A stretch of 64,000 nt of DNA from Candidatus Poseidoniaceae archaeon (GTDB lineage: Archaea > Thermoplasmatota > Poseidoniia > Poseidoniales > Poseidoniaceae). The notes beneath the pieces are model-generated. The model saw only the letters and a program-made list of their open reading frames with translations, did not search any database and was not told where the DNA came from. How positions within the stretch are numbered: position 1 is the stretch's first letter; the number at the start of each line of letters is the position of its first letter. Position numbers and translations under genes: made by a program. Positions 49,999-59,387 of the stretch are shown here, piece by piece. The stretch is from contig CBFIJH010000001.1 in assembly GCA_965662895.1 (NCBI GenBank), positions 32,001 through 96,000 on the forward strand. Direction: 5' to 3'.

Positions 49999-50748
49999 AT
50001 GAATCCAACGCGTCCTTCCTTTGAAGACGAATACGGCGGACAATACCATCTTGTTGAACCTGGTTCCTTCACCATCGGCGACCAGGTTGGTTCTGGTCAT
50101 CCAAATGAAGCACCACCGAAGGATAGAGAAATCAGTGAACCGTTTTTTCTCGGTGTTCGACCAGTGACACAAATTCATTGGACGTCGGTCGCTGGTAGCA
50201 ATCCGTCAAAATTTCAAGAAGGATGGAGTTCAGGATTGCGCCCGGTCGAATCCATCTCGTATGAGGATGTTCTGAAGTTTCTGGAAATCCTCAATGCAAA
50301 AAATGAGGTTCATATAGGATTTCGAGGCAAATGGAGATTGCCGACTGAGGAGGAATGGGAATATGTTGCAAAGGCGGGGACATCAACCAGGTGGTCTTTT
50401 GGAAACAAGGATTCCGAACTTGATGCGCATGGATGGCATGCAGGCAACAGTGGTGCAACGACAAGGGAAGTCGGATCAAAAAAGGCAAATCCGTGGGGAT
50501 TTTTTGATATGCATGGTTTGGTTTATGAAATGACGGAATCTGTATGGAGTTCCAATCATGAACAACATCCCAAGGAACCAGATTTCTCGAATCCATCAGA
50601 TGTGGAGTACATCGTTGCAAAAGGTGGTTCATGGTTCACAGAATCCGATTCAACACGTTCATCAGCGCGTCGCCGTGTTCGCCGAGACGATCGGAAAGAT
50701 GGAATTGGCGTGAGGCTTGTTTGGGAACCAATCGAACCCGTAAATTAG
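49999..50748 (+). CDS. FGE-sulfatase (SUMF1/EgtB/PvdO) domain protein
   Basis: PGSFTIG, PVTQ, RPVE, RLPTEEEWEY, ANPWGFFDMHG, KGGSW, IGVRL. Confidence 0.9.
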   Translation: MNPTRPSFEDEYGGQYHLVEPGSFTIGDQVGSGHPNEAPPKDREISEPFFLGVRPVTQIHWTSVAGSNPSKFQEGWSSGLRPVESISYEDVLKFLEILNAKNEVHIGFRGKWRLPTEEEWEYVAKAGTSTRWSFGNKDSELDAHGWHAGNSGATTREVGSKKANPWGFFDMHGLVYEMTESVWSSNHEQHPKEPDFSNPSDVEYIVAKGGSWFTESDSTRSSARRRVRRDDRKDGIGVRLVWEPIEPVN

Positions 50749-51251
50749 TCCCCAACACGTTTTTCCAAATCTGCTTCAAACCCCACGCTATCGGTCAATT
50801 CTTGACCGACGGGAACAATCCCAGGGCCAGTCTCCCAATCAATGTCTTCTGTCTTATCGACAAATCTCATGACTTGGAGATTGATGAATCTCTGAATTCC
50901 AGCATGCGTTCTGTGAACAACTGGGGAAACATCCTCGTGAAATGTTGAATTCATATGGTTGCATACCTCTGCAAATGTTCGTTGTCCATTGCACAGTTCC
51001 CAGAGCACACTGTTCTTGTCCAACAATGGCCTGCGCAACTCTCGAGGAGCTCTCATCAATGTTGCAAAAAATTGTTCAATTCGACCAAATGTTTTCTCAA
51101 ATCGTAAAACGATGGTTTTTCCAGTACAGCCAGAAACATTCGGGTGTGGACCCGAGTCCCCTGTCCGACACCACCAAACCGGGAGACGAACTGGTATTTT
51201 ATTCGCCAGAGGGTGATTCTCTAAATCGATAAGTTCCATCAAATCCCTCAA
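50745..51251 (-). CDS. PqqD-like (RRE-fold) protein
   Basis: L.DKNSVLWELCNGQRTFAEVC...F.E...P...R pattern resembles PqqD family. Confidence 0.6.
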   Translation of the reverse strand: MRDLMELIDLENHPLANKIPVRLPVWWCRTGDSGPHPNVSGCTGKTIVLRFEKTFGRIEQFFATLMRAPRELRRPLLDKNSVLWELCNGQRTFAEVCNHMNSTFHEDVSPVVHRTHAGIQRFINLQVMRFVDKTEDIDWETGPGIVPVGQELTDSVGFEADLEKRVGD

Positions 51252-51439
51252 AAATCAGTCCATGTCCAAAGGACCAAACTTAACATCGAAATAATTCCAG
51301 CAATTGCTGATATACGAACAAGTTCTTGCTTTTTGCCGAATTTATCGAGATACCATGTCAGCACGCCAAAGAATGCGACAGCAACCCAAAGAACGTACCA
51401 AAGCGGACTATCTTGGGCCATGGTTGTCCATATCGACAT
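51248..51439 (-). CDS. Small 2-TM membrane protein
   Basis: 63 aa, two hydrophobic helices, tightly packed between neighbours on the same strand. Confidence 0.6.
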   Translation of the reverse strand: MSIWTTMAQDSPLWYVLWVAVAFFGVLTWYLDKFGKKQELVRISAIAGIISMLSLVLWTWTDF

Positions 51440-51442
51440 GTT

Positions 51443-54400
51443 TCATGGGTGTTTCGCTCGACGATCAAGATATTCTTGTCCGTAGTAGTTCCACTGTTCC
51501 ACACTCCAACCAGGGGGCAGACCTTCTTCGGGTATTGGAGGTGGTTGCTGAATCTCCGGTTGTTCAGTAAGTGGTTTCGTCTGTTCCAGTTCTGGACCCG
51601 TTTTGATGGTTGTTTGCGTGCTAATTGGGGGTCCTGACACACTTGGAGCATCTTCGAGTTGTGTTTTTCGTTGCTTTCGGACGAGAAGAAGAATAACAAA
51701 CAGAATCATTACCCCGAATGCGGAAGCGATGATTGTTGGTCCGTTGACAGCATCTAAGAAGAATCCTTTCTCGCCTTCTACACGTTCAAACGTGATACTT
51801 CTGGATGCGGAATATGTGAATTCTTCATCCGCTGTCGAAGCATTAATGAAAATTTCTCCACGATATGAACCACTTATTCGTTGCACTTCACATCGTACGT
51901 CGCTAATCGTGTCCAAGCTTCTGCTGTATGGAAGCGAGGTTTCGATGGACTCGTTGTTGGCGATGAGCATAGAATCGCACATGACCTGCCAATTTTCTGG
52001 GTAAGCGAATCTCGTGTACACTATCTCATTTTGAGTGGAAGAACTTGAAAGGTTTAACCACATTTCAGCAACATCGAGATACGTCTGATTCTCGTGATTT
52101 GAAAGTTGCATCCCAACCTTTCGTTGTTGATCTACGATGATGAGATTTTGGCTTTCCAATCGGATGGTATTTCCATCACTATCCAAACCACCCTCTGCAT
52201 AGAGTGTAACAACAATTCTTGTATTCAAGGCTACGTTCTCACCAAGAATAACATCGATGTTTAGCATGGATTCTTCACCTGCAGCCATAGGAAAGGTCAC
52301 CATCTCACCTGAGCCAGATACTGCACCGCCTTCTCCTACGGTCATAAAGGCAACAATGTCTGTTGAAGGCGGCGATGACGACAGTTCGAATCCAACATCC
52401 ATGCTTGATTCCATAAAGTTTCCAACGTTTTTTACCGAACCATTGATTCCGACTGTTGAGCCAACTTTTCCATAATAATCGAGTGTTGAGACATTCAATT
52501 CTGGGTAATTCACCCGCTGAGTAATCATATCGATACTTTCGTGATTATCGCTCGGTTGAATATCGGTTCCGTCTGGCGAAGCGGTAATGGTGATGGTGTG
52601 TATTTCCCCTCCTGCTTCATTGACTGGAACAGAGAGCAATACCTCTACAACTTCCTCATCCTGTCCGTCATATGACACACCGAGATCGATAATCGGATTG
52701 TCAAGAACCAAACCACCCTTACGAACCGAATACGTCCATGAAGAAGGTACGTCATCGAGGCCGATGAAAACACTCGTTGGACCATTCCCATGGTTCGTTA
52801 ATTGAATGCTGATGATGGTCGCATCACCGGGTAAAAGAAGAGATGATGACGAGACGATTTGAAGTCCTACATCATAAATTGTCTCGATGATAATTTCATC
52901 GTACGTCGGACCATCATATTGCATTCCACTTCGTAGAGAAGTTAGCACAGGCCGGAATTCAGGAGCCCGATCGTTTGCCTGTGCATTGTTCGGAGCCGTT
53001 ACAGCGACGTAGAACGACACGGTTGCACCAGGGTTAACGACAATGGCTGGTCTTTGTTCTGCTTCAACAGCCCAACCAATCTTTTCAACAAAATCAACAG
53101 TCAGCTCAAAACTATCTTGTCGACTTGCACGATTCGTGATTTCGTATTTGATTTCAATTCGTTCACCAGATCCAAGCATTGACACTTCGCTGCTATCCTG
53201 ATCGAGAACAACCAATGCGTCTGAAATCATTGATGCTTGTATGCTGATTGCTTCTCGAATCGTTCGACTGGTGTCATTTTGTGCTGTTAAGGTTAACCAG
53301 AAGTCCCCAGTTTTGTCCGGTATTGCTTCGACTGGGACAGTCATCACGAACTTAACGGATTGGATTTGGTTTGGAACAAGTCGAATGGATGAAAGTTGAT
53401 CAAAGGCGAGATTAACGTTCCAACCGTTTTCCAACGATTTCGGTGCCGTTTGGAGATCGAAAACGTCGGTTGCTTGGCCAATATTTTCGACTTCAATGGA
53501 AAACGCACATGTTGAACCAGGTGCACACTTTGGTTTTACCTCAGGTATGTGAATGTGAGGTATTCGATCTGCGGAAACTTGGAATTGCATCGGTTCAACC
53601 ACTGAAAAACTCGGATTCTGGAGGCTGTTTGCTTCAAAGGTCAACGGTACAAATCCAACACTCGAATTCAAATCGGGTTGAATTCGAATATCAATCTGTT
53701 TGGATTCTCCAGGTAGGAGTTGAATTCCTGCATTGAGATTGACGCCAGCTCCGCTCGGAAATGAATACGCCACGTTCCAGTCTTGGGGCAGGTTTGCAAC
53801 GGATGGAACCAAGACATCGCTAATGTTCCCGGTGTTTGTCAATTCCATTCGAATCTTCCCCCATGCGCCTGGAATTGAACCGTCTGTGAAGATTCCAGTT
53901 ACATCAAGGTTGTATTCTTCAGTCCTCGCTGATTGGTCGTATACAAGAATAAAATCATCCAACCAATAACCAACATCAGTCCCCGAAGCGTCACTTGAAA
54001 AACTAAATTTGAATCTCGAATTTGCGTGGAAATGACTCGCTGGGTCAGCGGGTATAAGCGGCGTTATATGACCCATATGATTGTTTGAAATTGTTCTCCA
54101 GTTGGACAAAGAGGTACCAGCAGCACCTGCAATGTTTGCAAGTTCATCCCAACCGCCTTGCTCATTGAATGCGTATACCTTCATTCCATCATTTTGATTT
54201 GCGCTACCTGCATAGTAAAACGAAATCCCATTCGTTCGAGAGGGACTCCCAACAATGTCGTCCATATCCCATACAGGCGTCATTAGGTCCGTTTGCAAAT
54301 TGTTAGGATATGATCCAGACTGGCCTTGGCCGATATGGCACGACTGGCCCATGCTTAGTGCGGTGTCTGTGCTCGTCCCCCAATATTGACCAGCATTCCA

Positions 54401-54970
54401 TCCGACGAGCGACGTACACGTGAAGTATACTTTTGCGACGGTGTAGTGACGGTTGAGAACATCGTTTGATGGATTGTCATCAACGCCTTGGAAACTTGGA
54501 AGGACACGCAATGTGTGATTGCCAGAATAGTTTACGTAGACATTGTAGAATGTCATCGTACCCTGTTCACCTGCATTTAAACTGTTCATGGTAATTGTTC
54601 GATTAGCTAATTCAAATCGTTGGTACTCATCGTGAAGTATGAGCAACTGAAGTGTGATAATTCCAGAGGGTGTGTTGCCATCGTTGCGAACGGTGACTTC
54701 GATGTCCATGGGTGTTGAATTAACCGAATCGACGGCGTACAAACTCTTTGGCCGATCAAATCCTAGAATCGGATGATTGGAGGAGAACATTTTGAACTGC
54801 GATTCATCGGACGGATTCGAATACCTAATCGAAACGTCAGTTGCCGATAGGTCGACACCACTGTTTCGTGCAGCGTAGTTCACTGAGTTGTCTTCGAGAA
54901 GGCTCATATTCGAAACAGGATGGACGAGTAGCAAGATTACCAGTAAGAGCGCAACACCGGTTCTTCCCAT
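51443..54970 (-). CDS. Large surface/S-layer-like protein with CARDB/NEW3-type Ig repeats and C-terminal PPxGLPxGW motif
   Basis: Signal peptide; repeated NxGNxxD...W.V..., LxPGE motifs; TM then Pro-rich tail GLPPGWSVEQWNYYG. Confidence 0.8.
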   Translation of the reverse strand: MGRTGVALLLVILLLVHPVSNMSLLEDNSVNYAARNSGVDLSATDVSIRYSNPSDESQFKMFSSNHPILGFDRPKSLYAVDSVNSTPMDIEVTVRNDGNTPSGIITLQLLILHDEYQRFELANRTITMNSLNAGEQGTMTFYNVYVNYSGNHTLRVLPSFQGVDDNPSNDVLNRHYTVAKVYFTCTSLVGWNAGQYWGTSTDTALSMGQSCHIGQGQSGSYPNNLQTDLMTPVWDMDDIVGSPSRTNGISFYYAGSANQNDGMKVYAFNEQGGWDELANIAGAAGTSLSNWRTISNNHMGHITPLIPADPASHFHANSRFKFSFSSDASGTDVGYWLDDFILVYDQSARTEEYNLDVTGIFTDGSIPGAWGKIRMELTNTGNISDVLVPSVANLPQDWNVAYSFPSGAGVNLNAGIQLLPGESKQIDIRIQPDLNSSVGFVPLTFEANSLQNPSFSVVEPMQFQVSADRIPHIHIPEVKPKCAPGSTCAFSIEVENIGQATDVFDLQTAPKSLENGWNVNLAFDQLSSIRLVPNQIQSVKFVMTVPVEAIPDKTGDFWLTLTAQNDTSRTIREAISIQASMISDALVVLDQDSSEVSMLGSGERIEIKYEITNRASRQDSFELTVDFVEKIGWAVEAEQRPAIVVNPGATVSFYVAVTAPNNAQANDRAPEFRPVLTSLRSGMQYDGPTYDEIIIETIYDVGLQIVSSSSLLLPGDATIISIQLTNHGNGPTSVFIGLDDVPSSWTYSVRKGGLVLDNPIIDLGVSYDGQDEEVVEVLLSVPVNEAGGEIHTITITASPDGTDIQPSDNHESIDMITQRVNYPELNVSTLDYYGKVGSTVGINGSVKNVGNFMESSMDVGFELSSSPPSTDIVAFMTVGEGGAVSGSGEMVTFPMAAGEESMLNIDVILGENVALNTRIVVTLYAEGGLDSDGNTIRLESQNLIIVDQQRKVGMQLSNHENQTYLDVAEMWLNLSSSSTQNEIVYTRFAYPENWQVMCDSMLIANNESIETSLPYSRSLDTISDVRCEVQRISGSYRGEIFINASTADEEFTYSASRSITFERVEGEKGFFLDAVNGPTIIASAFGVMILFVILLLVRKQRKTQLEDAPSVSGPPISTQTTIKTGPELEQTKPLTEQPEIQQPPPIPEEGLPPGWSVEQWNYYGQEYLDRRAKHP

Positions 54971-54999
54971 AGACACGAATCTGCTTCTATCTATTTGAT

Positions 55000-55821
55000 T
55001 TATTCGTCCGAACGTTCTTCGACAGCAAGTCTAAGTTTTTGCTCGTTTTTGCGTTCCTTTGCTCGTGCAGCAAAATACACGGTGAACGACGGGATGAGCA
55101 CCATCGAAAAGCAACCAACAACCGCTGCAAGTGCCCACAAAAACTCGGTGGCTGCATCGATTTCAAACGGTGAAATTGACGAAAATTCTTCATTGACGGT
55201 GCTCAGACTGACAACAGGCGGGACAGATTTGTTTCCCGGCTCAACGATTTGGATGACGATTTGAGATGGATCATGGAAGTAAGAAATCTCATTTTTTGCG
55301 AGCGTTTCTGCATCGGACAAACTGTTTGCGAATACCGTACCGTTGGACCTTCTTGCTGGGTCTGTTGATGTTAGTGCCTGTATGCTAACACTACTTGAGT
55401 CGGCTTCAATTTCTATTGATTCACCGTAAATGCAATGTTCCGAACATCGGAAATCAACTGTTTTCCCATCGATCTCAACTTCTGCATCAGGGACGCCAAG
55501 GAAAGGATGTGAGTACAGTTTCCCTTGGTTGGTCATCTTGACCGTGGCACCACTGGCAAGATTGGCGACGGTCATGTTTACCCAAGTAAGATTCTGTCCA
55601 TCGGGCGAAATCGTTGCTAACCACGTCGTCTCGTTGTTCTGGTATACTTTCTGCAACTCGATGTCTTCGAAGTCGTTGTCAACGGCCTTTGTTTCGTAGA
55701 TGTAATAATCGGGCGAAATTGTAGCCCCGTAAACGGCGTATGAGAGCAGAACAATCAAGGTAAGAGACAAACCAATGAGGGTTCTCAGGAGGTTTGGATT
55801 CTGAGCCAGTGCCTTCTTCAT
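55000..55821 (-). CDS. Hypothetical membrane protein (N- and C-terminal TMs)
   Basis: ATG 55821, 27 nt from TTGAA; upstream of the surface protein gene. Confidence 0.7.
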   Translation of the reverse strand: MKKALAQNPNLLRTLIGLSLTLIVLLSYAVYGATISPDYYIYETKAVDNDFEDIELQKVYQNNETTWLATISPDGQNLTWVNMTVANLASGATVKMTNQGKLYSHPFLGVPDAEVEIDGKTVDFRCSEHCIYGESIEIEADSSSVSIQALTSTDPARRSNGTVFANSLSDAETLAKNEISYFHDPSQIVIQIVEPGNKSVPPVVSLSTVNEEFSSISPFEIDAATEFLWALAAVVGCFSMVLIPSFTVYFAARAKERKNEQKLRLAVEERSDE

Positions 55822-55956
55822 TGGTTGTTCTAGATGCAACTCGTTCAAGAATACTTGCACAAGCCCCAAAACACACAGATGCGCTTCCTTTCCGTGTGGT
55901 ATTCTCCCGCTTTATTCAAATAGGGGAGATAAGTCGCAAGGTTGCTTGGTGTTGAC

Positions 55957-56451
55957 ATGACGACGTATTTCGATGTTCCTGCTAATTTTCTGATTCCAGC
56001 TTTGGCTGAAGAATTGAAGAGCAATGATGCGATTAAAATGCCGGATTGGGCTGATGTTGTCAAAACTGGTTCATCTCGCGAGCGCCCTCCGACTCAGGAC
56101 AACTGGTGGCACACACGAGGTGCTGCTTTGTTGAGAAAAATTGCTCGACAAGGTCCAATTGGCGTAACGGCCCTATCCCAAGAATACGGTGGTCGCAAAA
56201 ACAACGGCTCCAAACCGAACACGCCTGGTGTAGGTTCCCGAAAAGTGATTCGAACCTTGGTGCAACAACTCGAAGAGGCTGGACTTGTATCGACAAAACC
56301 AAGCCGTCTTGTTGAACCTGAAGGTAGGGAAGCAACACAATTGTACCACGGTCGTGTTATCAGCCCAGCTGGACAGAAACTTCTTGATCAGGTTGCTCAC
56401 AGTGTTCGTCCAGATGTCGAAGCTGCCTATCCTGGTCTTGATAAATATTGA
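55957..56451 (+). CDS. rps19e: 30S ribosomal protein S19e
   Basis: TYFDVPA, PDWADVVKTG..RERPP...WW..R.A..LRK, YGGRK, GQKLLD. Confidence 0.96.
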   Translation: MTTYFDVPANFLIPALAEELKSNDAIKMPDWADVVKTGSSRERPPTQDNWWHTRGAALLRKIARQGPIGVTALSQEYGGRKNNGSKPNTPGVGSRKVIRTLVQQLEEAGLVSTKPSRLVEPEGREATQLYHGRVISPAGQKLLDQVAHSVRPDVEAAYPGLDKY

Positions 56452-56465
56452 TTGGACGTGATTGT

Positions 56466-56831
56466 ATGACGAGCATTGCCGACGATTCAAACGAATTGGA
56501 AGCCTTCCGTCAACGCCGCCAACTTGAGTTGCAACAACAATTGGAACAACAAGCAAAACAGCAGGCTGCTGCCGAGGTTGAATCACAAGCCATTGCCCAA
56601 GAACAGCAAGCGCTCGATCAAGCGATGAAAACAATTCTGACCTCTGAGGCACGAAGTCGTTTAACGAACATTTCCTTGGTCGATGCCAACAAGGCGAACC
56701 TGCTCAAGCGACAATTGATTACACTTCACGACCAGAAGAAAATTTCCATTCCAGTCAACGACGACCAGCTGAAAAGAATCCTAACAAGCCTATCCAAGAG
56801 CCGCAGAGATGCGTCTATCCGTCGAATCTAA
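56466..56831 (+). CDS. PDCD5-like dsDNA-binding protein
   Basis: ELEAFRQRR, LTSEARSRL, DDQLKRIL, IRRI; conserved position after rps19e. Confidence 0.9.
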   Translation: MTSIADDSNELEAFRQRRQLELQQQLEQQAKQQAAAEVESQAIAQEQQALDQAMKTILTSEARSRLTNISLVDANKANLLKRQLITLHDQKKISIPVNDDQLKRILTSLSKSRRDASIRRI

Positions 56832-56846
56832 GAGGGGTGCTCGAAT

Positions 56847-57002
56847 ATGTCAAAAAATAAACCAGCAGCAAAGAAAATACGCCTAATGAAGGCAGGAAAG
56901 CAAAACCGACGTGTCCCCGTTTGGGTCATGTTGAAAACGAACAGAAACACGGTCTCGCACCCAAAGCGGCACCACTGGCGACGAAGCAAGTTGCAGCGAT
57001 GA
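56847..57002 (+). CDS. rpl39e: 50S ribosomal protein L39e (not in ORF track)
   Basis: Manual translation [51 protein letters not shown] (51 aa). Confidence 0.96.
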   Translation: MSKNKPAAKKIRLMKAGKQNRRVPVWVMLKTNRNTVSHPKRHHWRRSKLQR

Positions 57003-57013
57003 GGTGATTTTCT

Positions 57014-57292
57014 ATGGCAAGACCAGCAACATCCGAACTTATTGTGCCGCTACGGAAGGCTTGGAACATTACACGTTTCAAGCGCGCACCTCGTGCTATC
57101 CAGATTATTCGTGACGAGGTCATTCGTCATCTGAAAGTCCTTCCCGAGGAAGAAATCTACATCGATCCTTCCGTTAACGAAAAAATCTGGGAACGTGGAA
57201 TTGAAAACCCACCTCGTAAGATACGTTTGACGGTTATTCGTCATGATGAGCCGGATATCCCTATCGAAGTCCAATTGTTTGAGGAGGCCTGA
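57014..57292 (+). CDS. rpl31e: 50S ribosomal protein L31e
   Basis: [33 protein letters not shown]. Confidence 0.96.
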   Translation: MARPATSELIVPLRKAWNITRFKRAPRAIQIIRDEVIRHLKVLPEEEIYIDPSVNEKIWERGIENPPRKIRLTVIRHDEPDIPIEVQLFEEA

Positions 57293-57294
57293 AC

Positions 57295-57486
57295 ATGGGT
57301 AACATCCGACCAAGTTTTATCAAAATCCGCGCTATTCGTCTCGTTGAAGAACATGGAGAAAAATTCACAGATGATTTCGACCACAACAAACTGATGGTTG
57401 AACAACTCACTGACGTCAGTTCCAAAAAATTGCGAAATTGGATTGCAGGCTACGTAACTCGATACCGTCAACGTCCAACCGATTGA
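57295..57486 (+). CDS. rps17e: 30S ribosomal protein S17e
   Basis: [29 protein letters not shown]. Confidence 0.96.
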   Translation: MGNIRPSFIKIRAIRLVEEHGEKFTDDFDHNKLMVEQLTDVSSKKLRNWIAGYVTRYRQRPTD

Positions 57487-57499
57487 TGAGGGAATCAGT

Positions 57500-57721
57500 G
57501 TGCCCATATGGGTTGATTGGAACAGGACACCCGTTTCTGTTCATGGTTCCGTGCAAGAACAACTTGAACGACTGATTCTCCATCTTCGAAATACCCACAA
57601 CCTCCGCCGACGTTCACTCGTCATGGCAGATCGAGAGCATGGTGGCTATCTCTTTTTCATTTATCAAGCATGCAATCCACTGTGGATTGCGGAATTCGTT
57701 GAACAAATGGAGGAGGAGTAA
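57500..57721 (+). CDS. Small hypothetical protein in r-protein operon
   Basis: GAGGG SD before GTG; stop overlaps next start (TAATG). Confidence 0.65.
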   Translation: MPIWVDWNRTPVSVHGSVQEQLERLILHLRNTHNLRRRSLVMADREHGGYLFFIYQACNPLWIAEFVEQMEEE

Positions 57722-58557
57722 TGGGTGAACGAAGCGATATACCTCTCCCAAAGTCGAACTATTCGCTCCATATCGTTCTTGTTGGTATACAGCATCCTGG
57801 AAATTTGGGTGCAGTATGTCGTTCACTTCTGAATCACGGTTTTGACTCTCTTCGGTTGGTTCAACCTAAATGTCATCCAGACGATGTTGAAGCGAGAAAT
57901 CGTGCAAAGCATGCTGGGCGAATTCTGGACACCTGTCGTAGTTTTGAAACCCTTCACGATGCAGTGCGTGATTGTTCTCTCGTTGTTGGAACGTCGGGGA
58001 AGCGCGAAATCGGGAACAAGACACAAAAACGTCATTTTGTTTATCCATGGGAGTTTGTCGAACGAATTGAGGATTTTGAGCAATCCGTTGCTCTCGTCTT
58101 TGGTGAGGAAGGAATGGGTTTATCCACAGAGCATCTTTTGTCGTGCGACTATCTCGTCACACTTCCCACTTGGGAAGGGTATCCAGTAACAAATCTAAGT
58201 CATGCAGTTCATACGTTAACCTATGAGTTGCATCGCGACAGAGTTTTGAAACAACAAGGTCAAGATGACGCTCTTCCAAACATCGTTCCAATTTCACGGG
58301 GTATTTCTCCCGAGCAGAGGGTTGTGCTTCGTAAATCGGTTGAAGACATCGCACGTTTCCTCCCAGGCGGGGATGAACGACGTATCTCATTCACGCATTC
58401 GTTAATTCGTGCATTGCAACGTTCCGGATTGGAACCGGATCAAACAAATCGGTTAATCGGAGGTTTTGTTGATGCTTCAACAGCCCTTGAGTTTGCATCC
58501 AAACATCCGAGTTGGAAATCTTTACGAAGACGTCGAGTTCATCTTGAAGAGGAATAA
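57721..58557 (+). CDS. trmJ: SPOUT RNA methyltransferase, TrmJ/LasT family
   Basis: PGNLGAVCR, VVGTS, ALVFGEEGMGL, YPVTNLSHAV. Confidence 0.85.
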   Translation: MGERSDIPLPKSNYSLHIVLVGIQHPGNLGAVCRSLLNHGFDSLRLVQPKCHPDDVEARNRAKHAGRILDTCRSFETLHDAVRDCSLVVGTSGKREIGNKTQKRHFVYPWEFVERIEDFEQSVALVFGEEGMGLSTEHLLSCDYLVTLPTWEGYPVTNLSHAVHTLTYELHRDRVLKQQGQDDALPNIVPISRGISPEQRVVLRKSVEDIARFLPGGDERRISFTHSLIRALQRSGLEPDQTNRLIGGFVDASTALEFASKHPSWKSLRRRRVHLEEE

Positions 58558-59007
58558 CTAGGCATACCAAGATGCCCAACTCTTCGGTGTCTCTCGAACG
58601 TGCATAGCGACGAGTCGCAATGCGTTTCCATACGCTGTCCGAATGTGTGGTTGAACTTGTTCGAACGCCCACTTTGCGAGATTTTCAGCAGTCGGGATAA
58701 ACGGTACAATCACGGTACGATGTTCAGGTGGAAGGCCTGCGAGTAGGTTAATTGCCTCTTCATCACCTTCGTAGACAACGAATGCATGATCTACAACATC
58801 GTGAATGTGAACCGTTAGAATTTTGCTAACATCACTAAAATCCATCAGCATTCCTTCCTCACTAACGCCAGATGTTTCAACAATGTCACCTTCGATTTCA
58901 GCTTCAAATCGGTATCTGTGGCCATGAAAATGACGGCATTTACTCTTGTGATTTGGGACTCTGTGTCCTGTGTCGGTCTCGACATAACGGCGGATTCTCG
59001 TTGTCAT
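58558..59007 (-). CDS. queD: 6-carboxytetrahydropterin synthase
   Basis: GHR...CRHFHGHRY, GMLMDF, DH, PTAENLA, RETP. Confidence 0.92.
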   Translation of the reverse strand: MTTRIRRYVETDTGHRVPNHKSKCRHFHGHRYRFEAEIEGDIVETSGVSEEGMLMDFSDVSKILTVHIHDVVDHAFVVYEGDEEAINLLAGLPPEHRTVIVPFIPTAENLAKWAFEQVQPHIRTAYGNALRLVAMHVRETPKSWASWYA

Positions 59008-59387
59008 TCCCTCACCTCAAATTCCAAAGCTGCGCTGTTGATGCAGTACCGCTCACCACCATGCTGTCTTGGCCCGTCCTTGAAGACGTGACCAAGATGT
59101 GCGTCGCATGTTCCACACCGAACTTCTGTTCGTGTCATTCCATGCGACGTATCCACAACTCGCGTAATGTTTGCAGCATGATGTTCTGAATGAAACGCAG
59201 GCCAACCGCAACCGGAATCAAACTTCATCTGGTCCGTGAAAAGTTTTTTCTCACAAACGATGCAGAAGTAATCTCCCTTTCGATTTTCTTTGTTCAATAT
59301 GCCTGTAAATGGTCGCTCAGTACCGTTTTGTTGTGTAACATAATAAGATATGTCGCTCAGAGCAGCAATTCGTTCATCAATGTTCAT
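59004..59387 (-). CDS. msrB: Peptide methionine-R-sulfoxide reductase
   Basis: GTERPF, CIVC, KFDSGCGWPAF, RTEVRCGTCDAHLGHVF, RYCINS. Confidence 0.96.
   Translation of the reverse strand: MNIDERIAALSDISYYVTQQNGTERPFTGILNKENRKGDYFCIVCEKKLFTDQMKFDSGCGWPAFHSEHHAANITRVVDTSHGMTRTEVRCGTCDAHLGHVFKDGPRQHGGERYCINSAALEFEVRE

Noticed and set aside
59004-59060. Selenocysteine MsrB
   Set aside because: The catalytic residue is an ordinary Cys (RYCINS) with no in-frame TGA.
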